Shown piece by piece: positions 1 through 34,820 of a DNA stretch of 64,000 bases. Each line of letters starts with the position of its first letter. Position 1 is the stretch's first letter. A program made the translations under genes and the position numbers. Source of the stretch: Chrysomallon squamiferum (Eukaryota > Animalia > Mollusca); assembly GCA_012295275.1 (NCBI GenBank), contig CM022669.1, positions 8,432,001 to 8,496,000 of the forward strand, in the 5' to 3' direction. Below the pieces are notes generated by a model. That model had not been told where the DNA came from. It saw nothing but the letters and a program-made list of their open reading frames with translations, and ran no database searches.

Positions 1-867
1 GCATCTTCTTTCTGTACTGTTATTTGAAATATTTTTGTGTTTGTTGACTATGGTAATAAAATACAGTCAAAAGATTAAACTCTTTTCTCATGCTTTGGTT
101 TAATGATGGAAAAGAATGCAGTTCCTTTAATCACTCTTGACCTCAGTATTTATGTATTTTATATTAGAGTTAAGTGCCCTTTATTGGAACTCTTTTGTGT
201 TTTATTACAAACGATGTTTAGTCATGTTTGTACAAGGAAACAATGCAAACATTTAAGAAAATAAAAAAATAAAAATCCCCTTTTTACCAACCCTTGTGAA
301 AAAATACAATAAAATACAATAAAATACAGTAAAATAAATCAAATGAAATTAAACCACATTTGAACTATAGTCTATATATATATTTTTTTAAATATCACTA
401 TTTCAGTTTAAAATATTTTATTACATACTTTTCTTGTGTAAGGGATAAATTGCATTGAACTTTGCCTTCTAGAAGAGGATTCATTTATTTTCTTCAGAGA
501 AACACAATAAAACATCTGACGTGAATACCTATATGCAGTAAGTAATGTTAGAATTAGGTTTTAGTGGAAACAAGAAACCAGTCTACAGCTGTGACTGGGA
601 ACCAGTGTCAGTCAACAAGAAAAAGCAGTCAGCACTTTTTTGACAGTGAGAAAAGCAGTAAAACAAACTTAATTGTAAAAAGTAATTTGAAACCAGTTTT
701 CTGCTGATTCTGTGACCTGAAAGATTATGTGTGTATCCTGCTATATTTCAGCTTGAAACTTGATGATAGAGACAGGAACAAAATTTGTTTTTAAAACATA
801 CTGCTGTGTCATTATACTGCCAGTGTTAACATCCCTGCCTCTTCTCAAATACTCCTCATTCTGAAGT

Positions 868-1596
868 TACTGCTACTGCTGTACTGTCATCATCAGCAGA
901 TTACCACCCACACCTACTACTACAACTATAACCACCATTAGTTCTGCTATCACTGTTAATGTAACCACCAGTACTTCTACTACTACTACCACTACTGCTA
1001 CCAATTCTGTTACTATTTCTACTACCACTATTACTACTACTACTACTACCACTACTGCTACCAATACTGTTACTATTTCTACTACCACTATTACTACTAC
1101 TACTTCTACCACAACCACAATTGCTGCCACTACAACAATTTGTATCACCACTACTACCACCACTATTACTATTACTACTGTTGCTGTTACCACTATCACT
1201 ACTACAACCAGTACTACCACCAACAATTTGTATCACCACTACTACCACCACTATTACTATTACTGCTATTACTGCTACCACTACCAATACTACAACCATA
1301 ACTACTATATCTATTACTATTACTACCACTACTACTATTACTACTACTACTACTACTACTGGTATTACCATTATTACTACTACTTTTACTACTACATCTA
1401 CTGCTACAATCACTACAACCACCACCACCACAACTACTATATCTATTACTATTACTACCACTACCACTATTACTACTACTACTACTACTACTACTGGTAT
1501 TACAATTACTACTGCTACCAACAGTACTACCACTTTTACTACTACATCTACTACTACAATCACCACCACCACCACCACCACAACTACTGCTACCAG
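868..1596. repeat. Degenerate (ACT/ACC/ATT)n trinucleotide array with internal block duplications
   Basis: Continuous ACT/ACC repeats. Blocks such as CAATTTGTATCACCACTACTACCACCACTATTACTATT (~1136, ~1224) and TTTTACTACTACATCTACT (~1384, ~1534) recur. Confidence 0.85.
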
Positions 1597-3699
1597 TATA
1601 TCAGTAGAAAAGAAGAAAAATTAAAAAAAAATGGAGAAATTTTGAAAAAAAGAAACTTTATTTTTTTAAGACCAAATCAAGTGAAACTGAACAGCCTGCT
1701 ACACTGGCCCGGGGGTTATCACTTTAACATAGACAATTACAGTTTGACTTTGCTGTTTTTCCTACTCTGTGACTGCTGGGTGAGAGACTTCTGTGTAAAT
1801 ATTGCTGCAGTTCTAACTAATTACATGCAGTGTTTTCGGTGCACTGCTAAATTTACACATGACACCTTCATTACAGAACAGCTCTTCATTCACGGAGGAA
1901 TTTAAGTGTTTTGATTTAAACTAAAATAAATATATATAAATAATAACAAAAAATAATAATAATAATAACAAAAAAAAGTAAGTAAATAAAAAATAAATAC
2001 TAAATAAATAAATGAATGAATAAATGCATGAATAATTGAATAAAAACAACAACAATAATAATAACCTGGTTGTGTCTAAACTGGGAAAATTGATGTCAGA
2101 ACTTTTTGTATGTGTCAGTGTTGTTTATTTAATAAACTCAGCTTCCACACAGACTATTAATTAATATTAAATTTAACCCTGCAGTGATTCCTGTAGTGAT
2201 GTAAATTATACAAAAAAAAAAAAAAAATAAAAATAGAATTCATATTTTCTGCTTCTAGGCAGAATTTTGGGAGTGTATGTGGGTGTGCCTTACATACACA
2301 GACACACACACACACAGTATACACAAACACACACAGACACACACACATTCACACACATACACACACACACAGACACACACACATACATACCTTCCTATAA
2401 TGTGTAAAATATATTATGACCTTTGTTATGGCGTTTAACAAACAGGAATCTGGCTGTAACTGAGTCACTGGTTGGAACTGGAAACAGTAGATAACTTTAC
2501 TTTTAACAGCTTTGTTTAAATCAGTGCTGACAGATCTCTTACTCAGAGTGTTTCACTTGAAACGTTTCAGTTTGAAAGCGAGTACAGCTTCTGTTGCCAA
2601 TGTTGCTATTTACTTCTATCTGTTGAGGCAGTTACAAATGGAAAATATCATCACCAATTACTCTCTGTGGTTTATGAAACTATCAAATTTAGTGTCGTTC
2701 AGTCTGAAACTGGAGTAAAGGAAAAGGAAATGAAAAAAAATCCTGAATGTCTGTCGATAATATTGAAAAGAAATTTTTATTTTTATGATTTTTTTTGCAC
2801 TATTAAATCTTTTTCTTAATATTATATCCTGTTGTTGTTATTAATATTTAATTATTGCTGCTCATGTCTGATATTTATAAAATATCATTTATGTCTGAAT
2901 TAAATATTATCCAGTTTTATTTTTATGAATGTTTCCAAGTGCATGTATTAGTTTGTTTAGAAACACAATGAGACAAACGTACATCTGTATGTACACTAGC
3001 AGAATTATTATCAGAAGGAAACAGAAAGATTATAAAACAAGACAGAGGCACAGAAATGCTTAAAGAGAACAGAAACACATAAAATAACATGAAATGAGAA
3101 AGAGTGACACAGAGGGTTGATCAAAACCTCCTTGAGACCATCAAAAACTCACTTGCTCTGATAGCCTCAGTAATTAAGTCTCTTTCTCTGTTATCTTGTC
3201 TGTTCATCTGCATGTCAGTGAATTCGTCTGTGACTGCATAATTCGTCTAGCAGAGGACTGCACCGGTTGCCACACTGGTTTAATAAAACATGCTCTCTTT
3301 TCCTCAGCCAACTGCCACTCACAGATGGTCGATTGTTGAAAACCTGTTTCTTCTCTGAGCGTTTCTGTTCTTATTCACAGCCAGAGAGAGAGAGAGAGAG
3401 AGAAACCATCTTGTTTTTCTCTTCTTCTAATACCAGGATGAAACGTTTATGTAAATGCTGATTAAATTACTGGCAGTAAAAATAAAATAATTACAGTTTA
3501 ATTTTATATTTGGCGTCGCGGAGATTTTCTCTTAACAAACCCAGGCTCCAGTTCGTAGCCTTTTAAATATCAGCAGTGGTGGTTAAAAACGTAAACCTTC
3601 CTGTTTTATTAGTGCATGTGTGCAGGCACATATAACTTGATGTACATGTAAACATTTATAAAAAACCCATCTCTCCTTGTTTAGTAATTTCAACATGTA

Positions 3700-3815
3700 G
3701 TTTTTATAGGAAATCTACATTTTTTACACTGACAGCAACAGTACTTTGACAACTACATTTTCAGACAGGATAACACCTACTGCAGACATAAACATTGGTT
3801 GGAACTGGAAATAAT
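3700..3815 (-). mobile_element. SINE fragment (same family)
   Basis: CAGACAGGATAACACCTAC...TTGGTTGGAACTGGAAA is the reverse complement of the SINE core seen elsewhere; boundaries approximate. Confidence 0.5.
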
Positions 3816-4509
3816 AGAAAGCTTATACAGTCATTGAATCATGTGTCATCTCTCCAATCTCATGTTTCTCTATAAAAAATAAAAAAATGTTTTATACCAA
3901 ATGATTTTTAATCAGAAATGTATCAGTCATTTGTCATTTACTCATTTATTCATCCATTTGTCCATCATTCACTCATTCATGCGTCCATCCATCCATCCAT
4001 CCATCCATCCCTCCATTCATTAATTCACACACTCATCTGTCCATACAGTCAGTGATCATTCACTTATCATTCATCCATCCATCCATCCTTCCATCCATCC
4101 ATCCATCCATCCATCCATCCATCCATCCAGCAATCTACCCATTCATCTCGTAGTTTTATACAAATGATTTCTCTGTCATTTTATCCTTTGACTTGTCCTA
4201 TCACTCCAAAAAAAATACAAGTGAATGTTCTGCTGTCATCATTAATCATGTTTTTTCATTTCTGTGACGATCCTCTCAGTATGTACCTGTCAAACGTCTG
4301 ACAGATTTACCTACATCACCTTTTACCTGTTACTCCACTGCTATTATACCTGCAGGTAGCTACTATTATATCTGTGCGCGACGACTATTATAATCTATGG
4401 GTAACAAAATAGGTGTTTCTGTGAAATGTCTCTGTGAGTTTCACATAACAACATGTAGCAGAAGGTAACATTAAGATGAAAATAAATAGCAAGTGTTGAG
4501 TCAAACCAT

Positions 4510-4636
4510 TTAAATGTTCTGTTTGTTAATGTATAGTTGTAGTGTTAAAACGTTCTATTTTTTAATGCATAGTTGTAGTGTTAAAATGTTCTGTTTGTTA
4601 ATGTACAGTTATAGCATTAAAACGTTCTATTTGTTA
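4510..4636. repeat. 36-bp minisatellite, ~3.5 copies
   Basis: AAA(T/C)GTTCT recurs at 4512, 4548, 4584, 4620 with alternating variants. Confidence 0.85.
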
Positions 4637-5573
4637 TCATTTTACCACTTGTAGATAAACAATTACAAACAGTAATATTTAAATTAAAAAAGTTTATTAT
4701 TAAAATATAATTTTTTACTTATTATCAGTAATTTTTGTATTGCCTTGAATTCTGAAGGGAAGATATTATAGTTTTATCTGTTATTCTTATTATTATCATT
4801 TTTTTAAATCTTAATTGACAGATGATTGTGAATCATAATTTGAGACTGTTTTATCCTCTTCAGTGTAAAACTCTTTTTGTAACCTAATATATGACAGTTA
4901 ACAGTATTTGATTTAATAAAATAAGTTGAATTATACAACACATTACAGACAATTTTTTTAAAGTTTTGTTATTATTATTATTGTTGTTATTTATTATTAT
5001 TATTATTGTTATTATTATTATTTTCATTATCATCACTATTTTTGTTAATTTTTATACTACCTGGGAAATGTTCAAGATAGTATTTGTTCCTCATAACCTG
5101 GTGCTATCACCTGTACAGGTGCATGTACCTGTTAATTACATCCAGGTACTGATAAAAAAGTCAGTTTATCTTCAGATCCGCTCACTGTGTTATCTGTTGA
5201 TTCCTGCTGTTCATGTTTCCTTGTGTCTGTTCAAACAGCAGGTATCTGACTTACCTGCTACACACCTGTAATTGATTTGTCAAAGGTTAGGTGATAAGTA
5301 GAAGTGGTGTGATATAACTCACAGGTAAACTGATTACCTGGTAGTCATCCAGTCTTTGTTATGATAAACTGTTGCCTCTTTGCACCATCTCAGACTCTGC
5401 CCCATCATTGGAACATCAAAGAAAATGGAAAAAAAAAAAAAAAAATCCAGGTTTGTGGGAAGGTTTATATGAAAATATTTTTTGTTGCTAAACAATATTT
5501 TTTTTTCATCTTTTTTATCTTTCACACTTTCCATTTAGACTGTTTATGACCTATCACATGAACATTAAAAAAA

Positions 5574-5610
<37 letters not shown>

Positions 5611-5810
5611 GGTATTATCTTTTCTTTCTGTGGGAAGGTGCACATGAAAGACACATTATTGCTAATCACCAGGAGTGGATCACTGATTCACTGAACTGGG
5701 TTTTATGTCTCTCATCACTCACTGTTCTAAAGAAACTGTTTTGCCTTTGTTTTAAAAATTACTCAATGCAGTTTGGGTTTAATATGTACTGGGGATTCAT
5801 TAAACAAATA
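5611..5810 (+). mobile_element. SINE fragment (core plus tail)
   Basis: CTGTGGGAAGGTGCACATGAAAGACACATTATTGCTAATC aligns by eye to the 41650-41680 core; boundaries approximate. Confidence 0.55.
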
Positions 5811-6108
5811 ATCCAGTGCTTATATATATATCTACCTGTATATTATTTGTAAAAGTGCATCTGTTTACTTGATGGAGGAAAAACTTGAACTGTATGTTGA
5901 ACTAATTAACCCAAAACTACAATAAATTAATTTAACTGATGGTTATTAAATCACCTTAGCATTACATAAAAATAAAAAAACTAATAACTGCAGGTGTTAT
6001 TCAGATACTTCTGTCTATTTAAACATATAATTTTGTTAACTAAAAATCTGCAGAAGCACACACCTGTTTTTAACTTCTGACATCAAAGAGTTATCTTTTC
6101 TTTTGTAG

Positions 6109-27571
<21,463 letters not shown>

Positions 27572-30042
27572 TAGCCTTTTGTGCAAAAAACTGTTCCTAT
27601 TGGTCAGAAACACTCAGAAAGCTGCTTTCTGATTGGTCAAAGGTTGTGTAAATATTCTTTCAAGCCTGGGTCACTCCTGAGACTGGACAAATGTAAAAGA
27701 CACACACTTGTCTGAATTGCTATGGGATAAACATATCTCATTTTATGTATCTGGTTTTTTTCATTGGAGAATCCATTAACAATTCTCAGTAAACTGTGCT
27801 CTGATTGGACAGAGCAGAATGCTAAAACATTCACATTAAACTCTGTTCCAGTTGGACAGATAAGTGACAATTGCAAGTAAGCAGTGTTCCCATTGGACAG
27901 ATATCTAGTGGTTTGTCTCTAAACTGTGTCCCCATTGGTCAGGTTTCAGAAAATTCTCATTTGTACTAAATATTGTCATTAAAGAGGAAATTATTAAGAT
28001 TTCTTCATTTGTGGTTTGATATAAACCATGGAGAGACACAATAAATCGTGACTGCTAATACATTGTGTGAGTTCTTACAACATCAGGAAGATATAAACTT
28101 CTTTTTGAAAACCTGATTTATAACAATAAATTAAAAAAAAAATGATTATGTAGTATTTTAATTCAGGAAGTTCTACATCATTTCAGAAAGTTAAACAGTG
28201 ACATCATATTGACAGGGGTATAACAGCAGTGTATGTGTATATAAGACAGACTTATGGGTATTGTTATGTGGAATACATTTAACACATATTGACTGATACA
28301 TTAACATCATCTGGTGTAATTTATAGAATCTGAATTGTGAATTTTCTTTCTTCAGCAGATCTACTGACAGCAGAAAATTGTTTTTTGTGGTTTTGTTAAT
28401 GATATAATATGATAAGAAATGTCATATTTTGTGTCATATACCTACCAAATAAGATTATAAATATTTGTGGCATCTATCTTTTACAACAAATAGTAACAGT
28501 TGTAATTATATAACCTATTGGTAAAAATATTATTATTTTTATGTCATCCATCTTTTACAAAATATAATTGATCTGTGGTATCTACCTATTGACAACACAT
28601 ATGGTCTCAACTTAGTAGAAAAAGTAAAACTTGTGTACATGCCTTTTGTAATAATTGGAATATTTGTCATTTACAGAAAATAATTTTAAAAAATAACATA
28701 AGTGGCATGCAAAAAGACATTAGAAAGCTCAAACATACTGAAATAAAACTGTTACAAATTGCTTTAATTCATTACACAAACTAGTCATAGGAAATCAGTG
28801 GTTTAAAAACATGAATAATGAAGGTTCAGGCCTATGTCCCTTGGTCATACCGGAGTTGTTTTTCCATTGTTTGAAGATTAGATATCAAATGTGTAGAGTA
28901 AGAGGATTTGAACCCAGTACATACCAGTCTAAAGATGAATCTCTGATAGTAGGACAAATATGCTAGAACACAGTTTTTGTTCTTCCAAATGATTTGTTTT
29001 GTGTGGTTTTTTTTGGTTTTTTTGGTTGTTTTTTTTAGGGTTTTTTGGGTTGTTTTTTTTTTAATGATGGTTTTAATATGGTAAACATTTTATCTAGTAG
29101 TAAACTATAATTGAAAAAGATAACAAACTGATTTGATAAATTATATATTTTCTTTTTAATATACATTTTCATAAACGAGTGGGTTGAAAAATTCATAAAA
29201 GACTGAGGATACAGCTCTTTTTTTGGGGGGGCAATGTTTTGATAAGTTTATCATTTCTAGTTGTAAAAGGATGATGTCACAGAAAAATACAAATGTGAGT
29301 TTATGTGTGTCCTCATTAAATTGTTATTTTAGTGTTATATGTTATTATTAGTAAAGATTGGTTGCCATGCACAACAGTAATTTATAATATATAAGAAACT
29401 GTATTAAAGTTATTTGTACATACAGTCATTGATAGTTTAATACTACTGGACAAACCATCTTACCTCTGACAATATGACAATAAACATTTAGCATTTAAAA
29501 TAATGAAAATACAACTGCATTTATGTACATTATACCACATCTAATCATTTTCTTCTACAATTATAGAAAATTAGGACATTCATCCATATTTTCACATTTC
29601 ATATGGAATAGAAATGAATATTATTAATTAATTAGGTAAAAGTTAATAATTTCATGATAATCATTAGGATGACTCATTTTGGCAGTTAGAGTCACAAGGA
29701 AAAAAAACAACTCAAAAAACAACAAAAAAACCTAAAAAAACCAAACAACAACAATGCAGCATTTCTTTATTATGTTTTATATTTCATGCGAAGGAATTTT
29801 TTTCACAAATGAAATGTTTACTTAGAAGAATAGTGAATTTCTTTTTGAATTATATTCACATTTTTAAATGAGAATTTCTAACAAAATATGTAGTTCATAT
29901 ATTTTTCCTGTCACATCTTTGTTTTAAACATTCGTAATTCATACCCTAACAAATTCTGACAGTATACACATTTATACAAACAGACAGACAAATATAATTC
30001 TTTTCTTTCAAATATTTATTATTTCTGTCTAGCTAGCTATCT

Positions 30043-30113
<71 letters not shown>

Positions 30114-30729
30114 CTCTGTCTCTGTACACACACACACACACACACACACAAGAGTATATATGACTTTACAGTCTCATATTATTAATATTGCATGTGGCCA
30201 CATAAGTAATGACGTGCGCCTTGTTAAAAATGTCTTTGCTATAAATAATTTTCTTTAATTTGTAACAGAAACTAAATTTCAGTCACCTAATACATCTCAA
30301 TGAGGGCAAGTCACATGAAATATTAAAATGAAATTGGTTGTTTTTTTCAGAAGATGAATGTGAAAAGTTGTGAATATTTTATTATGCTGGACATTTGAGT
30401 ATCGTGAATTTAAAACAATACTCTCTCATTTCATTTTGCTTTCAAACTGAGCTAAACAAAATGAAACATATTTATTTTCTGTGTCCTTTTTTTTTCTCAT
30501 AATTATTTTAGGCACATTCATATTTAAATATTTTGTGTCATGGTGAAAAGTAGATTCATAAACTGAACTCATTCTGTTGTTCAAAATATGGGTTTCATTT
30601 TAATATTTTTAATTTTCTAATAATAATAATATTTAATTTTTTAATGTTTTACTCCTGGATATTTTTAAACATTGTATATTTATTTAGATATAAGATATCT
30701 CAATGTATTCTGCATTACGGTTATGATAA

Positions 30730-30985
<256 letters not shown>

Positions 30986-31186
30986 ACAGAACAGAACCTA
31001 CCTGAAAACGTCAGCATCAGCATGGACCAAAGTGCCAAATTTACTTAGTGCTATAACTGTGAGATGTCCTAGACTCAGTTTTCTCTTGTTTTAATGATGT
31101 AAGTATTATGTCAGTAAGTTATTTATAGTGTTTTGTTGTGTTGTTGTTAATTTAATATATACTTTGATGTACATTTAAGTATCGAA

Positions 31187-31219
<33 letters not shown>

Positions 31220-32921
31220 CTATATCTATTAGAATATTGAGTAATATGGTAACTAAAATGTAATATCAAATTATATTCCTGTATTTTATGAAAATTATAA
31301 AAACCAAAATAAGAAATTATATAAACTACCATATAAAATTATGTAACTAAACATTTATTTATGTATAATATTATGAATTATATACTTACAGATGTACCTA
31401 AAAGATTTGATTAAAATTAATGATAAAAATTAAGAAATAGAAGTAAACTATTTAAGAAAATAATGATTTATAATAAAAAAATAGTTTAAAATCTTCTGAA
31501 TTTTTGCATGCTGGCTGAGTTTGCCTGTAATCAGTATAATTTATGTTTTGTTTTGGCTTTCTAAAATATTTTTAAAATTAAAATTGTTATCGTGAATATT
31601 ACTGTTTGTATTGTGTTATTAACTGTTTTATTATATAATGTAAATAGTAATAATATGACATCTATCTTGAACATTTGTAACAGATGTTGATTTTTAATGG
31701 AGTATAATAAAACACTGAATAAATAAACAAACAAACAAATAAATAAATAAATAAATGAATAAATAAAAAGTAAATTAGTTAATCAATCAAATCAAATCAA
31801 ATAAAAAATTTAAATAAAATTAAATTAAATTTTAATTAAATTTTGAAACAGACAGGTAACTGTTATTACATTTTAAAGCACAAAGATATGATACAGAAAT
31901 GAGAACTTTCAGTACATTTATCATTTTTGATTTCCATGCATCAACAACACTGACTGTGTTAAAACAACTGTCTGTGAACAAGTCATTGTTACTTTTCTTT
32001 GTACAAAAACCTGACTGGAAGTAGCTGACATGGTGCATAATGTTTATAATAAAAAACATGAAAATGTTTCCTAATATGTGACTTTGTTTTTTGTTGCTTT
32101 GGTGTTCATAAAAATGTATTAATATTATTATTATTTAAATTTGTTTCTTCTACAATTTCAAACTGTGGAGCTATGGTACTTTGAAAACAATTATAAGCTA
32201 ATCATTCGTCCATCTGTTGATTATGCATGTTTATAAATCTTCTCAAAGCTTAAGCAAATCTTTCTGGGACACAAAATTAGGAACCACGGTTGTTTACCAA
32301 AATGAATGGATCAGTACATTTTAGCACTGATATTTTTATGAATCAGTCACGTATTGAAAAGGTGTTTCACTGCCATTTCTCCATGCACTGTCCTTTTCAA
32401 GATCTATTTCATCTGCATTTTCTTTCAAACAGTCATTCACTGAGAAAGTATTTCACTGCTACAATTCTGTGGGCTGTTCTAATCATTAACAACAAAAAGT
32501 ATCTTATCTGTACTTTAACCATTCGTTTACTTAAAAATAGAATCTTACTTGTGTTGAACAGGACACCACATACCACTGCCTTTGATAAAACACTGGTTGG
32601 CTTGTGAAATAGCTCAGCATCAGCACTGCCAAGAACTGATCCTGCTCTCTGTCATATGAACTTATACAGCAAATTTAAAAACAGATAACTTAAAATGTTT
32701 GAAAATGTAAACTGTTTTTGGTTTTAAAAAGGTATGTATGTTTTAATGTTATATGTATTTAACATTTTACATGGATCAGTTTTTAAAAGAACAGGAAACT
32801 TCTGCTTCCTTTATATTTATTTTTGCAGCAAGATGAAATTATTAACATACGAAGAAAAATAATTAAGACAGGTGTCTGATTAATAACATATGTGTTGTTG
32901 CCATATAATAATAATTATATA

Positions 32922-34332
32922 TACTCTCCCAAAAAAGAAACACAGAATGGTTGGTTTCTTAGATAACTATTGTAAACTGACACATATCAGTGGTACAAAC
33001 TATGAATATAATGACATTTGGTGATTCAAACGTATAGTTTTAGATACAGTCACCAAAAAGCAGATAACACAAAATAAAGGCTATGATTGTGTTTATTAGC
33101 CAAAACGTCCCCGCATGCAAAACATGTTACCAGTGCATGTTCACATGCGGCACATGAATCTTGAATATGAGGGTTATAAAAATGCAAGGTTTTCGAATAC
33201 TTCGACTGAGTGAATCGCAACAAAACAATGCCATCGGCCATTTACAAGCTGGGAATCCTTCTTGGCCATAGCCTGGATGTTCCATGTATCCCCAAGCACC
33301 ATCTTGAGATTGTGGTATCAGTTCCAGCAACACCAAACAACACGTGACCCTCCCAGATCAGGTAGACCATGTGTAACCATCAGGGCCCAGGACCGCTACA
33401 TACGGGTACTTCATCTATGGTAAAGAACCACCATGGCAACCTCTACTGCTTCAGCAATACCAGATCTGCGTAGAATATCGGCTCAGACAGTGCGCAATCG
33501 TTTACGCGAATAGGTATTCAAGCCAGACAGCCTGTAAGAAGAGTGGTTTTGACTCAACAACATCATTGACTACGAGTCTTAGCTCAGTTATGATGGAGAA
33601 CTGTCTGGTTTAGTGACAAGGCTCGATTTCTGCTTTGTCGAGCTGAGGAAGATGTCAAGTTTACAGACGTCATGGTGAACATTTTGCTGCAAACTGCATA
33701 CAGGAAGCGGACAGATTTGGTGGTGGTAGTGTGATGGTGTGAGCAGCAATCTCATACACTGTCAGGACCAGCCTGGTTCACATCCAAGGCAACTTAATGG
33801 CACAGAGATACCGAGATGAAATTTTGCAGCCATATGTTGCTCCAATTATGAATAATGGTAACGCTGTATTCCAGCACAACAGTGTGAGACCACAAACAGT
33901 CAGACTCACAACAACGTACCTACACAACAATAACATTCATGTCCTGCCCTGGTTCTTTAAATCTCCAGATTTGAACCCTATAGATTTGATAACCCTGAGG
34001 CAGCATCAACCACAGCCACAGAATCATGCTCAGTTGGCATTATTACTACAGACAGAGTGTGCCACCATTTCACAAGGTGTAATTCATAATGTCATTACTG
34101 ACATGGGAAGGAGATGTCAGGCAGTTCTGGACTCCCATGGTGGGCACTCAAGGTATTGATATTATACTGTTATAACCTTGAACTTTAACCTTTTCAATGT
34201 AATACCATCAATATTAATGAATTGCGAAAGTGTGTGTAAAATGTGAACATTCTGCTGCTTTCTGTTGATCCATTTGATGGATATTCCCAAAGTCAATAAA
34301 ATCTACTTTTGCGTTTCTTTTTTGTTAGAGTA
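32922..34332 (+). mobile_element. Tc1/mariner DNA transposon (Tc1, DD34E type), degenerate, both TIRs present
   Basis: Left end TACTCTCCCAAAAAAGAAACACAGAA; right end reverse-complemented TACTCTAACAAAAAAGAAACGCAAAA. Inserted in a TA run, ~1.4 kb, with an internal transposase remnant. Confidence 0.92.
33197..34159 (+). pseudogene. Tc1 transposase pseudogene
   Basis: Recognisable blocks across frameshifts and stops: (I)LRLSESQQNNAIG, RSGRP, QDRYIR, ISAQTVRNRLRE, WFSDKARF, GGGSVMV*AAI, GNLMAQRYRDEIL, FQHNSVRP, KSPDLNPID, GRRCQAVLDSHGGHSRY. There are 34 residues between the second and third catalytic positions. The start codon reads ATA, the second Asp is Asn, and the HLWDEL segment is deleted. 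Confidence 0.92.
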
Positions 34333-34779
34333 TATAGTGTAATACAGTGACTCAAGTTATGTAGTAAATTTGTATCAGTTGACTAAATAAAGGTAGACAA
34401 TTAACTTTAATTTCAAAATCATTTTTGTAGTTATTCCCCTTGAATAGAAGTCTCGCTGTAATGTAGGTTTTTAAAAAAATAATAATAATAATTAAATTAT
34501 TTATGTTTTTAACAAGAGTTTTACAACTGCACATTATTTTCAAAGTATTAAAAATATCTGAGAACATTTAATAGCAACAAATAGTAGGTTTTTTTTTTTT
34601 TTTAATTTTCACTTTTTAACTTTAATTTTTTTTTTTAATTTTTGGAGGGTAGATTTTGAGGTCGTGTGTTTTACATGTAACTGCACTGCTTTAAAGCAGC
34701 AGATCATAAGTAACCGGATAGTGTATGACAGAAAAAAATATTTATTATTTGTTTTAAAAATATTTCTAAATTTTATTTA

Positions 34780-34820
<41 letters not shown>

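Noticed and set aside
763-1624. Mucin-like Thr-rich exon with a hydrophobic leader (ATG 763, MIETGTKFVFKTYCCVIILPVLTSLPLL...) as the missing 5' end of the Ig gene
   Set aside because: In-frame TGA at 862-864, a frame switch near 1215 and no good phase-1 donor. (ACT)n arrays are stop-free on this strand by construction, and similar arrays occur at 38.3, 45.5 and 51.1 kb.
1-6108. Signal-peptide exon of the Dpr-like gene
   Set aside because: Candidate donors (~1780, ~4356, ~5325) are preceded by stops or lack an ATG in the required phase-1 frame. The exon is probably upstream of the window.
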